Origin: Ylistrum balloti
Lineage: Eukaryota
Reading direction: 5' to 3'
NCBI RefSeq assembly: GCF_031769215.1
Contig: NW_026781915.1
Span: forward strand, 1,736,001 to 1,800,000
Length of the DNA: 64,000 nucleotides
Part shown: piece after piece, positions 38,633 through 50,158 of the stretch
Layout: each line of letters starts with the position of its first letter
Numbering within the stretch: the first letter of the stretch is position 1
Made by a program: the position numbers and the translations under genes
The notes under the pieces: model-generated
Database searches by the model: none
Told to the model about the DNA's origin: nothing
The model's input: only the letters and a program-made list of their open reading frames with translations

Positions 38633-41009
38633 ATAGCCTATTAATCTGTAACTCAGGCCATACCAGTTGCCTTGGCCAGGAAAGGTATTGCTGTGTTGAT
38701 ACATGACCTGTGTTTGATACGGTTCATTTTTAAGTTAAATCTACAAGTGCTAATTCATGTTTGTATATAACTTTTAATATTTATTGGACAATGTTTAGTT
38801 TTTACAAGACATGTGTCTTGTCAGTGGACAGAAGTTGGTATGGCCATGTGTGTCTGTCAGTAGACAGAAGTTAGTACAGTCATATGTTTTCGTCATTTGA
38901 CAGATGTTCATATTGTCACAGACCACAAGCACATTCTGTATGGCCACAGATATATACCATGATTTTATATGCTTAGCAGGTAAAATGTCTACAAATACCA
39001 AAGTTATCATATGACTTTATTCGCACAGTCTATATGTTGTTCATTTTACATTTCCAGTAAGATCTAAAATTGATTTCTTCTTCTAGGCTATATTACATTT
39101 TACATTTACATGCCCATATCATTTATTGCAACAGACCTGAAATCTATTGTGAAAATCTGTTAATTTTTTTCAGCCTTTTTTTTTTTTTTTGTGTGTCTTG
39201 GCCGGTCCTCTGTATATTAAAAATGCTACTGCTAACAGGGTATAACATGATTGGTGAAGACCAATGTTCCTTGGGTATTGAAGGTTTCATGTTTTATAGG
39301 TGACTAACATTATGTGTGTGTGCTAGGATAATGAAATACTAACCTGAATATCTTTTTCTTTGTATTATTTCTTGTTCCATTGTTATTAGTGCCATTGTTT
39401 ATGTGAGGCCCTGTCCCTGATATATTTCTGTCTCCAGAACTCTGAAGCTTTAACTAATGTGATGATTTAGATATTGTTGAGCTACAGACATTGTTAAGAT
39501 GTAGATATTCTTTTGTTAGAGAGTTGATATTTTAGAAATGTATATGCATTTTTTTTTTAATATGCCAAGGTCATAAGAGTATATTAACTTTATCTTGACA
39601 AGCTCTTCATGGTATGCAGAATTACAGCTGATTATTAGTACTGCTGAAGTGACTATTGAATTACATGAAGTTTAGCAGTGAATGTATCACCTCACCTTGG
39701 ACATATCTCCAATGATTGTGTCTTGTATTATTGCTATCCTTTTTATGTTGGTACTGCTTGGGATGGCAGACAAATTATGTCCCTTTGTTTACTGTGAATG
39801 TCTGTGACAATGCTATGTCACATAAGAAAGGCCATTTTTTGTGAGAGAGTACCTCTGTAGAATTTCTTACTGACTCTGTGTCTTGATCACTTTGTTGTTA
39901 TTTAAATATGTAATTCATGAATCTATTTCCTTTTCTCTTGTGTGATAATACACTTTGTAATGAAGGACATCAGCATTTTTACGTGATAGTCCTGTGAAGT
40001 CTAAGCCTTTCTGCCATGCTTTAAGATGGGAAGGACCTTTAGATGTTTGTAGTGACCTTTCTGGAGGTAAGCGTTGACCTGTGATATGTGATTCCATTGA
40101 CATGTAAACTAGCTCTATCAAGTATGATGAGACATACTAACAGTCGGTGACCTTGACCTGTCAACATAGATATTTGGGTCAGAAATGACCTTTTAGATTA
40201 CAGCTGGACAGATAAAGATCTGATGGAGATATTTAGATATTTTACTTTTCTATCTGTGATAAGTGCTTTACAATATTTAATTTTATAGATTTATATATAT
40301 ATGTATGTACACTGTAATCTTTTACTGTGATGCCAAAACGATACCTTCACATCAGAAAAAGTACCAGTAGTGGAAAAATAATTCCATGATACAAGGATGT
40401 ATGTCATCGTCATGGTAATAGGGAGTTGTGGAGGGGTATATATATATTGTAGTGCCAAAGTGTGTACTGATACCAGCAGTGCCTTCTACAAATCTGAGGA
40501 TGCACTATGTTGTTTTTATTATTGTCAACTTATTGAAAGCTTTATTTTTGTTGTGTTGTGTGAAAAATGTTTGTTCACAGTAAAAACCCAATAGCATTCA
40601 ATTAGAAGGTATGGTTTAGTTAAATTTGGGTGCCGCGTCACATGGTATCCGATAAACAGGTGTACATTTATTTCTGTATAATGTGTACACTAGGTTCAGT
40701 AAAGATGGAGGATACACTGTTTTCAGATGGATCATTAGATATGTAGTAACCATTCTAACATGTAACACATTCTTCTTTACAATAATTCTGTAAGGGAGGT
40801 AACTATGAAACACATGTTTGATATGTCAGATTTATCTCCCTTACAAAGATTCAAAGGCTTTTTATTATAAGAGGCAGTGTTATCAATATGTACCGGTATG
40901 TATCCTCACATATTCTATGTGTTTCTTGTTTGGTATTACATTAGAACAAGATATTTGTCACAATAAAATGATATCCACAGCCAAGAATTGTCTTACCTTC
41001 TAATTTCCA

Positions 41010-42960
41010 GGTATGGTGAGATACTGCTATACCTTTATCATGTATGATCAGGTATTACTGTACCTTTACCAGGTTTAGTAAGGATTGCTGTACCTTTACC
41101 AGGTTTAGTAAGGATTGCTGTACCTGTATGATCAGGTATTGCTGTACCTTTACCAGGTTTAGTAAGGATTGCTGTACCTTTACCAGGTTTAGTAAGGATT
41201 GCTGTACCTGTATGATCAGGTATTGCTGTACCTTTACCAGGTTTAAAAAGGATTGCTGTACCTGTATGATCAGGTATTGCTGTACCTTTACCAGGTTTAA
41301 AAAGGATTGCTGTACCTGTATGATCAGGTATTGCTGTACCTTTACCAGGTTTAATAAGGATTGCTGTACCTGTGTGATCAGGTATTGCTGTACCTTTACC
41401 AGGTTTAATAAGGATTGCTGTACCTGTATGATCAGGTATTGCTGTACCTTTACCAGGTTTGGTGAGGGTTGCTGTACCTTTACCAGGTTTAGTAAGGATT
41501 GCTGTACCTTTACCAGGTTTAGTAAGGATTGCTGTACCTGTATGATCAGGTATTGCTGTACCTTTACCAGGTTTAAAAAGGATTGCTGTACCTGTATGAT
41601 CAGGTATTGCTGTACCTTTACCAGGTTTAATAAGGATTGCTGTACCTGTATGATCAGGTATTGCTGTACCTTTACCAGGTTTAATAAGGATTGCTGTACC
41701 TGTATGATCAGGTATTGCTGTACCTTTACCAGGTTTGGTAAGGATTGCTGTACCTGTATGATCAGGTATTGCTGTACCTTTACCAGGTTTAGTAAGGATT
41801 GCTGTACCTGTATGATCAGGTATTGCTGTACCTTTACCAGGTTTAGTAAGGATTGCTGTACCTGTATGATCAGGTATTGCTGTACCTTTACCAGGTTTAA
41901 TAAGGATTGCTGTACCTGTATGATCAGGTATTGCTGTACCTTTACCAGGTTTAATAAGGATTGCTGTACCTGTATGATCAGGTATTGCTGTACCTTTACC
42001 AGGTTTGGTAAGGATTGCTGTACCTGTATGATCAGGTATTGCTGTACCTTTACCAGGTTTAGTAAGGATTGCTGTACCTGTATGATCAGGTATTGCTGTA
42101 CCTTTACCAGGTTTAATAAGGATTGCTGTACCTGTATGATCAGGTATTGCTGTACCTTTACCAGGTTTAATAAGGATTGCTGTACCTGTATGATCAGGTA
42201 TTGCTGTACCTTTACCAGGTTTAATAAGGATTGCTGTACCTGTATGATCAGGTATTGCTGTACCTTTACCAGGTTTAGTAAGGATTGCTGTACCTTTACC
42301 AAGTTTAGTAAGGATTGCTGTACCTGTATGATCAGGTATTGCTGTACCTTTACCAGGTTTAATAAGGATTGCTGTACCTGTATGATCAGGTATTGCTGTA
42401 CCTTTACCAGGTTTAATAAGGATTGCTGTACCTGTATGATCAGGTATTGCTGTACCTTTACCAGGTTTGGTGAGGGTTGCTGTACCTTTACCAGGTTTGG
42501 TAAGGATTGCTGTACCTTTACCAGTTTAAGTAAGGATTGCTGTACCTGTATGATCAGGTATTGCTGTACCTTTACCAGGTTTGGTAAGGATTGCTGTACC
42601 TGTATGATCAGGTATTGCTGTACCTTTACCAGGTTTGGTGAGGGTTGCTGTACCTGTATGATCAGGTATTGCTGTACCTTTACCAGGTTTGGTAAGGATT
42701 GCTGTACCTGTATGATCAGGTATTGCTGTACCTTTACCAGGTTTGGTGAGGGTTGCTGTACCTTTACCAGGTTTGGTAAGGATTGCTGTACCTGTATGAT
42801 TAGGTATTGCTGTATCTTTACCAGGTTTGGTAAGAATTGCTGTACCTTTACCAGGTTTAGTAAGGGTTGTTGTACCTTTACCAGGTATGGTAAGGGTTGC
42901 TGTACCTGTGTGATCAGGTATTTCTGTACCTTATCAGCTTTGGTGAGGGTTGCTGTACCT
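41010..42960. repeat. Composite minisatellite of 30-bp and 24-bp modules (54-bp period)
   Basis: TGTACCTTTACCAGGTTTAGTAAGGATTGC plus TGTACCTGTATGATCAGGTATTGC; the 30-bp module is sometimes doubled. It underlies the 663-aa Cys-rich ORF 41044..43035. Confidence 0.98.
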
Positions 42961-43552
42961 AAACAAGGTATGGTTAAGTATGGTTATATATTTGCCATGT
43001 ATGGGCTGTATAATGCCTTGTCATATCAACTGTGAAACCTCAATTCAAAATTGGTGGGATTTTTTGGTATTGGTTAAATGCATCAGATAGGATAGTTTAT
43101 TTTCATCACTAATTTGTTATTAGCATATAAAATAACATCCATTTCGAAAATTGGATAATGAGAACAGGTACTAATATCAAATCTGGTGACTGGATCTTGA
43201 TATCATAACATGGATTGTAGGGCTATGAAGTGATGAATCACCGCTTCATGTTTTATATCAGTCTGATAAAATACTAAAAGTTGATTACAGAATATCTCAA
43301 TAACAGAATCTAACTTTACTCTGAAGAGATTTAGTGAACTGAAAATCTCAAATATCTCTGTGATAGAAACAAATGTCTGATGGGCTATATTACATGTTTT
43401 ATATGATGAAATATGTGTTTGTATGTAAAATATTATATTTGTATGTAAAATATCATGTTTGCATGTGAAGTAGTAATGAAGGAATGAAATAAAGAACAGT
43501 ATTTTCAGTTATTGTTGTTTTAATTCTTTCACCTGAATAGCAAATATTACAT

Positions 43553-44590
43553 TTGGTGATTTGTAGTGTTGGAGATGTGATGTAAATGATAGACTGATGC
43601 TGTTGTGTTGGAGATGTGATGTAAATGATAGCCTGGTGCGATAGTGTTGGAGATGTGATGTAAATGATAGACTGGTGCTGTAAGGTTGGAGATGTGATGT
43701 AAATGATAGACTGATGCTGTAAGGTTGGAGATGTGATGTAAATGATAGACTGATGCGGTAGTGTTGGAGATGTGATATAAATGATAAACTGGTGCTGTAA
43801 GGTTGGAGATGTGATATAAATGATAGACTGATGCTGTAGTGTTGGAGATGTGATGTAAATGATAGACTGGTGCGGTAAGGTTGGAGATGTGATGTAAATG
43901 ATAGACTGATGCTGTTGTGTTGGAGATGTGATGTAAATGATAGACTGGTGCTGTAGTGTTGGAGAAGTGATGTAAATGATAGACTGATGCTGTTGTGTTG
44001 GAGATGTGATGTAAATGATAGACTGATGCTGTAAGGTTGGAGATGTGATATAAATGATAGACTGATGCTGTAGTGTTGGAGATGTGATGTAAATGATAGA
44101 CTGATGCTGTAGTGTTGGAGATGTGATGTAAATGATAGACTGATGCTGTTGTGTTGGAGATGTGATGTAAATGATAGACTGGTGCTGTAGTGTTGGAGAA
44201 GTGATGTAAATGATAGACTGATGCTGTTGTGTTGGAGATGTGATGTAAATGATAGACTGATGCTGTAAGGTTGGAGATGTGATGTAAATGATAGACTGAT
44301 GCTGTAGTGTTGGAGATGTGATGTAAATGATAGACTGATGCTGTAAGGTTGGAGATGTGATGTAAATGATAGACTGATGCTGTAGTGTTGGAGATGTGAT
44401 GTAAATGATAGACTGATGCTGTTGTGTTGGAGATGTGATGTAAATGATAGACTGATGCTGTAGTGTTGGAGATGTGATGTAAATGATAGACTGGTGCGGT
44501 AAGGTTGGAGGTGTGATGTAAATGATAGACTGATGCTGTAGTGTTGGAGATGTGATGTAAATGATAGACTGATGATGTAAGTCTGGGGGG
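43553..44590. repeat. Intergenic minisatellite, 39-bp unit, about 26 copies
   Basis: GTTGGAGATGTGATGTAAATGATAGACTGATGCTGTAGT with variable last 6 nt. Confidence 0.98.
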
Positions 44591-45994
44591 TTGAAGGACC
44601 AAGGTGAGAAGACAGACTGGTGCTTTATGATTACAGAGAAGACACTGCTGCTGTTATGATAAAGATTAGGTGTGTAATATAAGCCTATTCTATAAAGATA
44701 TGTATATATACTTTTAAGTATCTGTGTACGTGTGTGCTGTATTGAATATTGGGAGTCCAAAGCAGGAGGGCAACAGTTGAAGTCGCGTAACAAAGAAGAA
44801 ATATGTAGTTGCTTGAGAAAAATATTTTCTTAACAATCCTCACATTTCACAAAGAATTTTCATAACCGTCTTGAAATACAGATAGGCAGAGCTTGTGAGT
44901 TTTTACAGAGATGGACAACATTCAAGGGCTTCCTATTCGATACGAAATACATTCCGTAAGTGTGGGAGTCTATCCATGTTAGTGTTTTGTCACAGTAAAA
45001 CATGCCCAATGTTTAACAAGAGAGTCGGTACATACTTTATCATATCAAGGTAGGACTACTACCATGTGATTACGAAACCTCAATGACGTAACTTTTTCAG
45101 CCTTTTATCTTTCTTTATTTGTTTTGGTTTGATATATTTTACTCTGATTGATATATGGTTGTATTTGTTGTCAAATTGCTATCTCGCTGCGTGCTGTATA
45201 AAGACTGCAGTCATTTTGTGACACTGAATATTCCGCCTTAAGTTGATGTTGATTATTTAAGGACATCACTTCTCCTTTTAACATTCTTTCACATGCTTAA
45301 AATACCTGTTCGCAAAAAGGGAGAACATCCATTCTCTAGTGATTTGAATGTTCACAAATCTATTTACATGAACTATTTCGGAGTAACAAAATATAAGTAC
45401 AACTACGTGAACAGGTAGTAGACTTCTTATCAGAACAGTACATGAAAACAACAAGAATATACCAATATTCAAATCTTAATCAAAACTCAAAACCAATTAA
45501 ACTAGTACAAAAAATGTGGACACGTGAAATTTCTACACATATATCATTAACGTACAAAGAAACTAACACAAGATGCACCGGGAGGGTAAGCGTGTTCTGC
45601 TTCTGAGTCACTCTAAGTCAACAACAACGAAACAACTAGAGATATTAGTGAGCATCAAATACGTCTACCTTCATATCATACAAGTACAAAATGAATTACA
45701 TATAGAACATGGCAACGACAAGAAAACGTCCCCTTTAGTCTTCATCCACCTTGATCTCTTGAAGCCCTCTTTTTTAAGTTTATCTCAGCTATCACATCTT
45801 GCCCGGTGTCGTTAAACAGTTCGCTCATCATCCTTGATACTTCAGGGGTTACTATCACTTTCGCTCTCTGCACCCCTAGAACATTTCCTAGCACCAACGT
45901 TGATTGTTCTAGCGCGGGGTTCAGGAGAAAAATCTGATCAACCGCGCTTCTTTGAAGAGTATAAAGGAGCAACACCCAACTTCAAAACCAGTTC

Positions 45995-46421
45995 GACATA
46001 CCGTTATGCGAATTCGACTTCATTGGACACAAAATTTGACAATATGAAATAATTCTGTAATTAAGGGGTTGCGAACCCTGGATTTGGCATACTGCACTTT
46101 CTCTTAGTATGCCCAATGTTCTATAATGCTAGTTTTGATGCAGGCAAAGCTATGCTCATGACACAAAATGTAACAAACGTCAATAACTTTAACTGAGGGG
46201 CCAAGGGTCCTGACTTTGCTGCACTGCATTAATTCTGTAATTAAGGGGTTGCGGACCCTGAATTTGGCGCGCTGCATATCGTCTTCGTATGATCAGTTTA
46301 TACGTCAAGTTTCAATATCCTTGCTTCACGGCAAAGTTATGCTCCGCACACGGAAGACGGATGGACGGACAGACAAGGCGGCGACATATGCTCCTCTGAA
46401 ATATTTTGTGGAGCATAAAAA
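45995..46421 (+). mobile_element. Non-autonomous pearl/HINE (Helentron-associated)-like interspersed element, 3' part
   Basis: Two diverged ~180-bp core repeats, both starting AATTCTGTAATTAAGGGGTTGCG (46051, 46231), are followed by a GACGGATGGACGGACAGAC microsatellite. A terminal hairpin TATGCTCC...GGAGCATA (46387-46417) and an A-run follow. This layout is described for mollusc pearl/HINE elements. Confidence 0.65.
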
Positions 46422-47718
46422 TCCATCCACTGCTTCGAAAAATCATCTAAGCACTGACATTGTGACCACTTACGTCATCTCGTGTAATCCGTCAGAATAT
46501 TGATTTAGTGAAATGTACATCAATGGATCAAACTATTCTTCTCATCTTATCCGCAATGTGTCTCGCATGGAATCTCCAATTTTGCCATGGGGTGCAGAAA
46601 ACGACACTGAGCGTGATTCCTGGAGTATCGAGAATGATCGCTTATGTATCCGTCTGACTCTGGAAAATGTATACCTCTAGTATCACTAAGCTGTAAACAT
46701 TAGGACTTTGCATTCCCAAAGGTGAATTATTCATTTCTCGATTGTAACATTTCTGCTTCGCCAAGTCGATTTCGTTTCCAAATATCGTGTTTCTGTAAGT
46801 CGACTGCTGACCGATAAACTAACTTGGCCACGCCGACAGTTTGAGAGATACAGTCTGGAACATAAAGATTATATGAGTTTGGTATTTATTGTAGCCATTT
46901 TTATTTCAATAGAAACTAGTAAAATTCTTCTGTGTGATATGACATACGACGTGGCTGATGTGGTTTGTTATCCAAGCGATTTCGTTATCATTACCCAACT
47001 CTTATTTAGAGAATGTGACATTATATAAACTGAACACAAAAAGTTCAATAAGGATCCATAACTATGTGATATTATTTTCTGCCATCAAATAGACTTTACG
47101 CTCCTTGACCACAATAACTTCTCGGTAACGTACAGTAAATTAAGCATTGTGAAATTATTGGTTCTGGAAATTTGATTTTAACAGAAACATTTCGGTGGCA
47201 GCATATTAACCGAAATCAGGCATATGCATCGAGTTCAGTGGAAACGATTTATCTCTTATGACCTGCTCTCATGTATTTCCTTACAGGCGTGTAATAACTG
47301 AAGGATTTATGTTCTTTGTTAAAAGTGCTTTTTTTAAAAAACAGAGTTCTGGATACCTCATATTCTTTCATGTTTGGGACTAGCTTACACCCTGAGAAGT
47401 CAAGATAGTAGATACTGTAACAAAACTAATATGTAATTTCGATATTTATATACTTGTAACGAACTTGTTCAAGCATCTAATAACAGGCATACACAACACT
47501 AGAGATACTCAACTCCTTCTCTTTACTTACTCAATACAGCTTGTAGCAACACAAAGTAAAACCATTAAAGACCAATTAAAATCGCACAGCTAAATAGCTA
47601 GAAAGAAACAACATATATACAACATGGGGAAATACCAACCAATTGCTTCTATATAGTTTCCCAACTACCCCAGACACTACTTAGTTGACAGTACATTTTT
47701 ATATACATACAATAATAC

Positions 47719-48050
47719 ATTTATTTATTTATTTAACGGTCTTAACGTCCACCATTACGGTATTTTGGCCTTTCAGCGGACGAGTCTCACACATTCAAAA
47801 ATAATGATGGTATATATAAATTAGTATAAAATCATTTTAACAACACTTACAACCAAAATACTGTCATTCACAACACTTCTAAAATATACAATTACTCGCA
47901 AACTACGTATACCTCACATTCTTGACACATTAAATATAAACTTACACAAACAGTTTACTTAGATTTTGAACAAAATGTATAAATGTAAAGAAATACTTTG
48001 TCCGCATAAAGGGACACAACTCAAAAAATATATTCTCGTTATATACTACC
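47719..48050 (-). mobile_element. Decayed 3' end of a non-LTR retroelement (LINE/SINE tail)
   Basis: The minus strand ends GGACGTTAAGACCGTT(AAAT)n at about 47720-47750. Upstream, a broken frame NENIFFELCPFMRTKY...NLSKLF resembles the C-terminal HxxxxCP region of LINE ORF2. Weak and eyeballed. Confidence 0.4.
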
Positions 48051-48299
48051 AAAATATAACTTATTCTGACAGGCCTATTGCAGAAACTTTTAAAAATCTT
48101 TAATTGGATTTCTGGTCAATGTCGCTTCAGTGCTGGAGTTCTTTAGGAAAAAACCAGTAGATGGTTGTAATGCTATTATACTAGATATGTTTAATCCTAA
48201 ATTGTTATCCTCATAAGATAAAACTGTTAATGTATCCCCTAATAATACGCTTTCCACTCTTTCCTTAGCATATTTCTGCTAACATCGAAATCTCGTTTG

Positions 48300-48770
48300 T
48301 CGTAACATACGTATTAACCACATCACGTGACTCAATGCGAGACTTTCGGGTTGACAACTGCTCCATGCCGATGGCGGTGAGAAGGATGTGATGCTGCGCT
48401 GGATGTATTGTACGTCTAGTTATTTTTGAGCAAAGTATTCCTTGACATTTAAGGATTATTTAGTAAGATGAACGATCGATGAATCTGATGACATACATCA
48501 GAAGGCGTGTATACAAAACGTTATTTTATCAACCCCATGTTTTGACATCACCCCCAAAGACCTGCTGTTTTGGAAAATGTCTAAAAATAGATTAACAAAT
48601 GTGTTTTTGTGATCTCTGATCGAATTACAATGTACTGATGGATCCATACTTATAGTGATCACTCATTGTGTGATAATGAAAAACTTGTATGCTTTGTCGT
48701 AATAATTTGGTGCTAGAATTCGCTGTGTTAAATCCAGGTTGTAATTCCGGAATCGGAAACCGTAAGAATA
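48300..48770 (+). promoter_or_regulatory. Probable DNAJC14 promoter / non-coding first exon region
   Basis: CpG-retaining stretch about 1.4-1.8 kb upstream of the acceptor at 50141-50142. Contains TCACGTGA E-box (48323-48330) overlapping TGACTCA (48328-48334), ATGGCGG (48371), CCGGAA (48747-48752) and candidate donors GTGAGA (48377) and GTAAGA (48762). Motif-level evidence only. Confidence 0.4.
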
Positions 48771-50158
48771 GGAAGTTGGATTTTAACAGACACTGGTTCC
48801 TATATTTATATATTTAACATTAATTTCTATTACCGTTTGTTTACAAATAATTCGTTGTCATTAGCACGTGCATCTCTCCCTTACGTTTTGTATGAGAATA
48901 CAGAACACGATGACATACGAGAATGACGGTCATTAACCTCAGCATCATTCTAACAAATTCACGTTTTGTTTTTTTAAGTGATTTTCATGAAAGCAGTTTT
49001 CCTCAATTATTTCAATGTTAAAATCGAATTTCATAGAATGTTTCTTCAATACATTGTCTACTTAACATTACCAAAAGTGTCAAATCTGAAGTCATCTTGT
49101 GTGCACTTTACTTTCTGCTTTTGTTCATGATTCCAGGAACTATATATACATGCTTATGATAAGCTACATGTTATAAACTACAGACTTGAAATGGCACATT
49201 GGATAAGAAAATTAGGGCAGGTGATCACTAACATAACATTTGTTTGTGATAGCATTGGTTACCCCGTATATTGAAACAAGGAATGGGCAGTCTGAAAGGA
49301 GGGGACACTAGATCTTGTGAAGCTGTGTACATGTGTCTCATATAGCTGACATTAAAGTGGAACAGTTCTATTTCCATTATCAAAACAAGATTCTATAATA
49401 CGATACCAAATTCACAGGAATTGCTTGTAATTACCTCTTCAAACTTGATGCATTTTTTGTTTTCTTCTGTCCATGCTGCATATATTCGCAGTGAAACAAT
49501 ACTCAAAATTCCTTTGATTATAACTATTGATTTCAAAGATTGCAAATGCATGTATCTTGGGCTTACAGAATTACATATCTAGCATGACTCAAATTGACAA
49601 AGTGACAAAAGTCTCCATTGAACATGTTGGACACAAAAAATTTGTGTGGAAAATGTCTTTTGATCCCCAGAAAACATTTACTTCACAGTCCCACCATAGC
49701 ATACCAAGATCTACACCACATTAGATATTTTTGGTCATTTGTTAGAGTTAAAGATCAAAGGTCACCTTTTTGATAGTAGAAAGGTTTGTGTACTAGGTAT
49801 CTTATGAACACCTAATCACATTTAGAGGTGCTAGCAAATAATCACACAATAACGATGATCACTTACTTCCTGATCCAGATTGAGAGGATATTGCTATGTG
49901 AGCCCCTGTTCACTTTAACTTCCTGATCCATGAATGGGGAGGACAAAAAATATAATTATTCAAGATGCATTGATGTAATATAATCTCCAAACCAGATTTG
50001 AAGCAGAAGAATAATGCATTTGATACCAAATATATCAATAACTTACGAATATGTTTTGTCGGGTGTAGCCATTCCTTTAATGAATTTTTCAAAGGCACTA
50101 TTTGTTGCGCTGATATTGATTTAATTATGCCATTAATTTCAGGTGAGAAAGTTCCCAG

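Noticed and set aside
39915-40121. 68-aa minus-strand ORF as the terminal exon of another gene
   Set aside because: No recognisable domain and no upstream minus-strand exons could be linked.
38126-41011. Alternative donor CCCAAG|GTGATT at 38126 spliced to the acceptor-like TTTCCAG at 41010, which would join gene 1 to the Cys-rich ORF
   Set aside because: The phase-0 join reads GTA TGG TGA and stops immediately; the read-through exon already ends in a proper stop at 38209.
41055-42302. 415-aa minus-strand Gln/Leu/Val repeat ORF
   Set aside because: Antisense reading of the 54-bp minisatellite.
43453-44793. 446-aa and 351-aa minus-strand His/Gln-rich ORFs
   Set aside because: Both are translations of the 39-bp minisatellite in two frames, with non-ATG or arbitrary starts and no domain. 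They are open only because the unit lacks stops.
45742-46052. Short ORFs in the CpG-rich block (45742-45975 minus, 45834-46052 plus, also 46513-46680)
   Set aside because: No recognisable homology or splice support; more likely decayed transposon or non-coding sequence.
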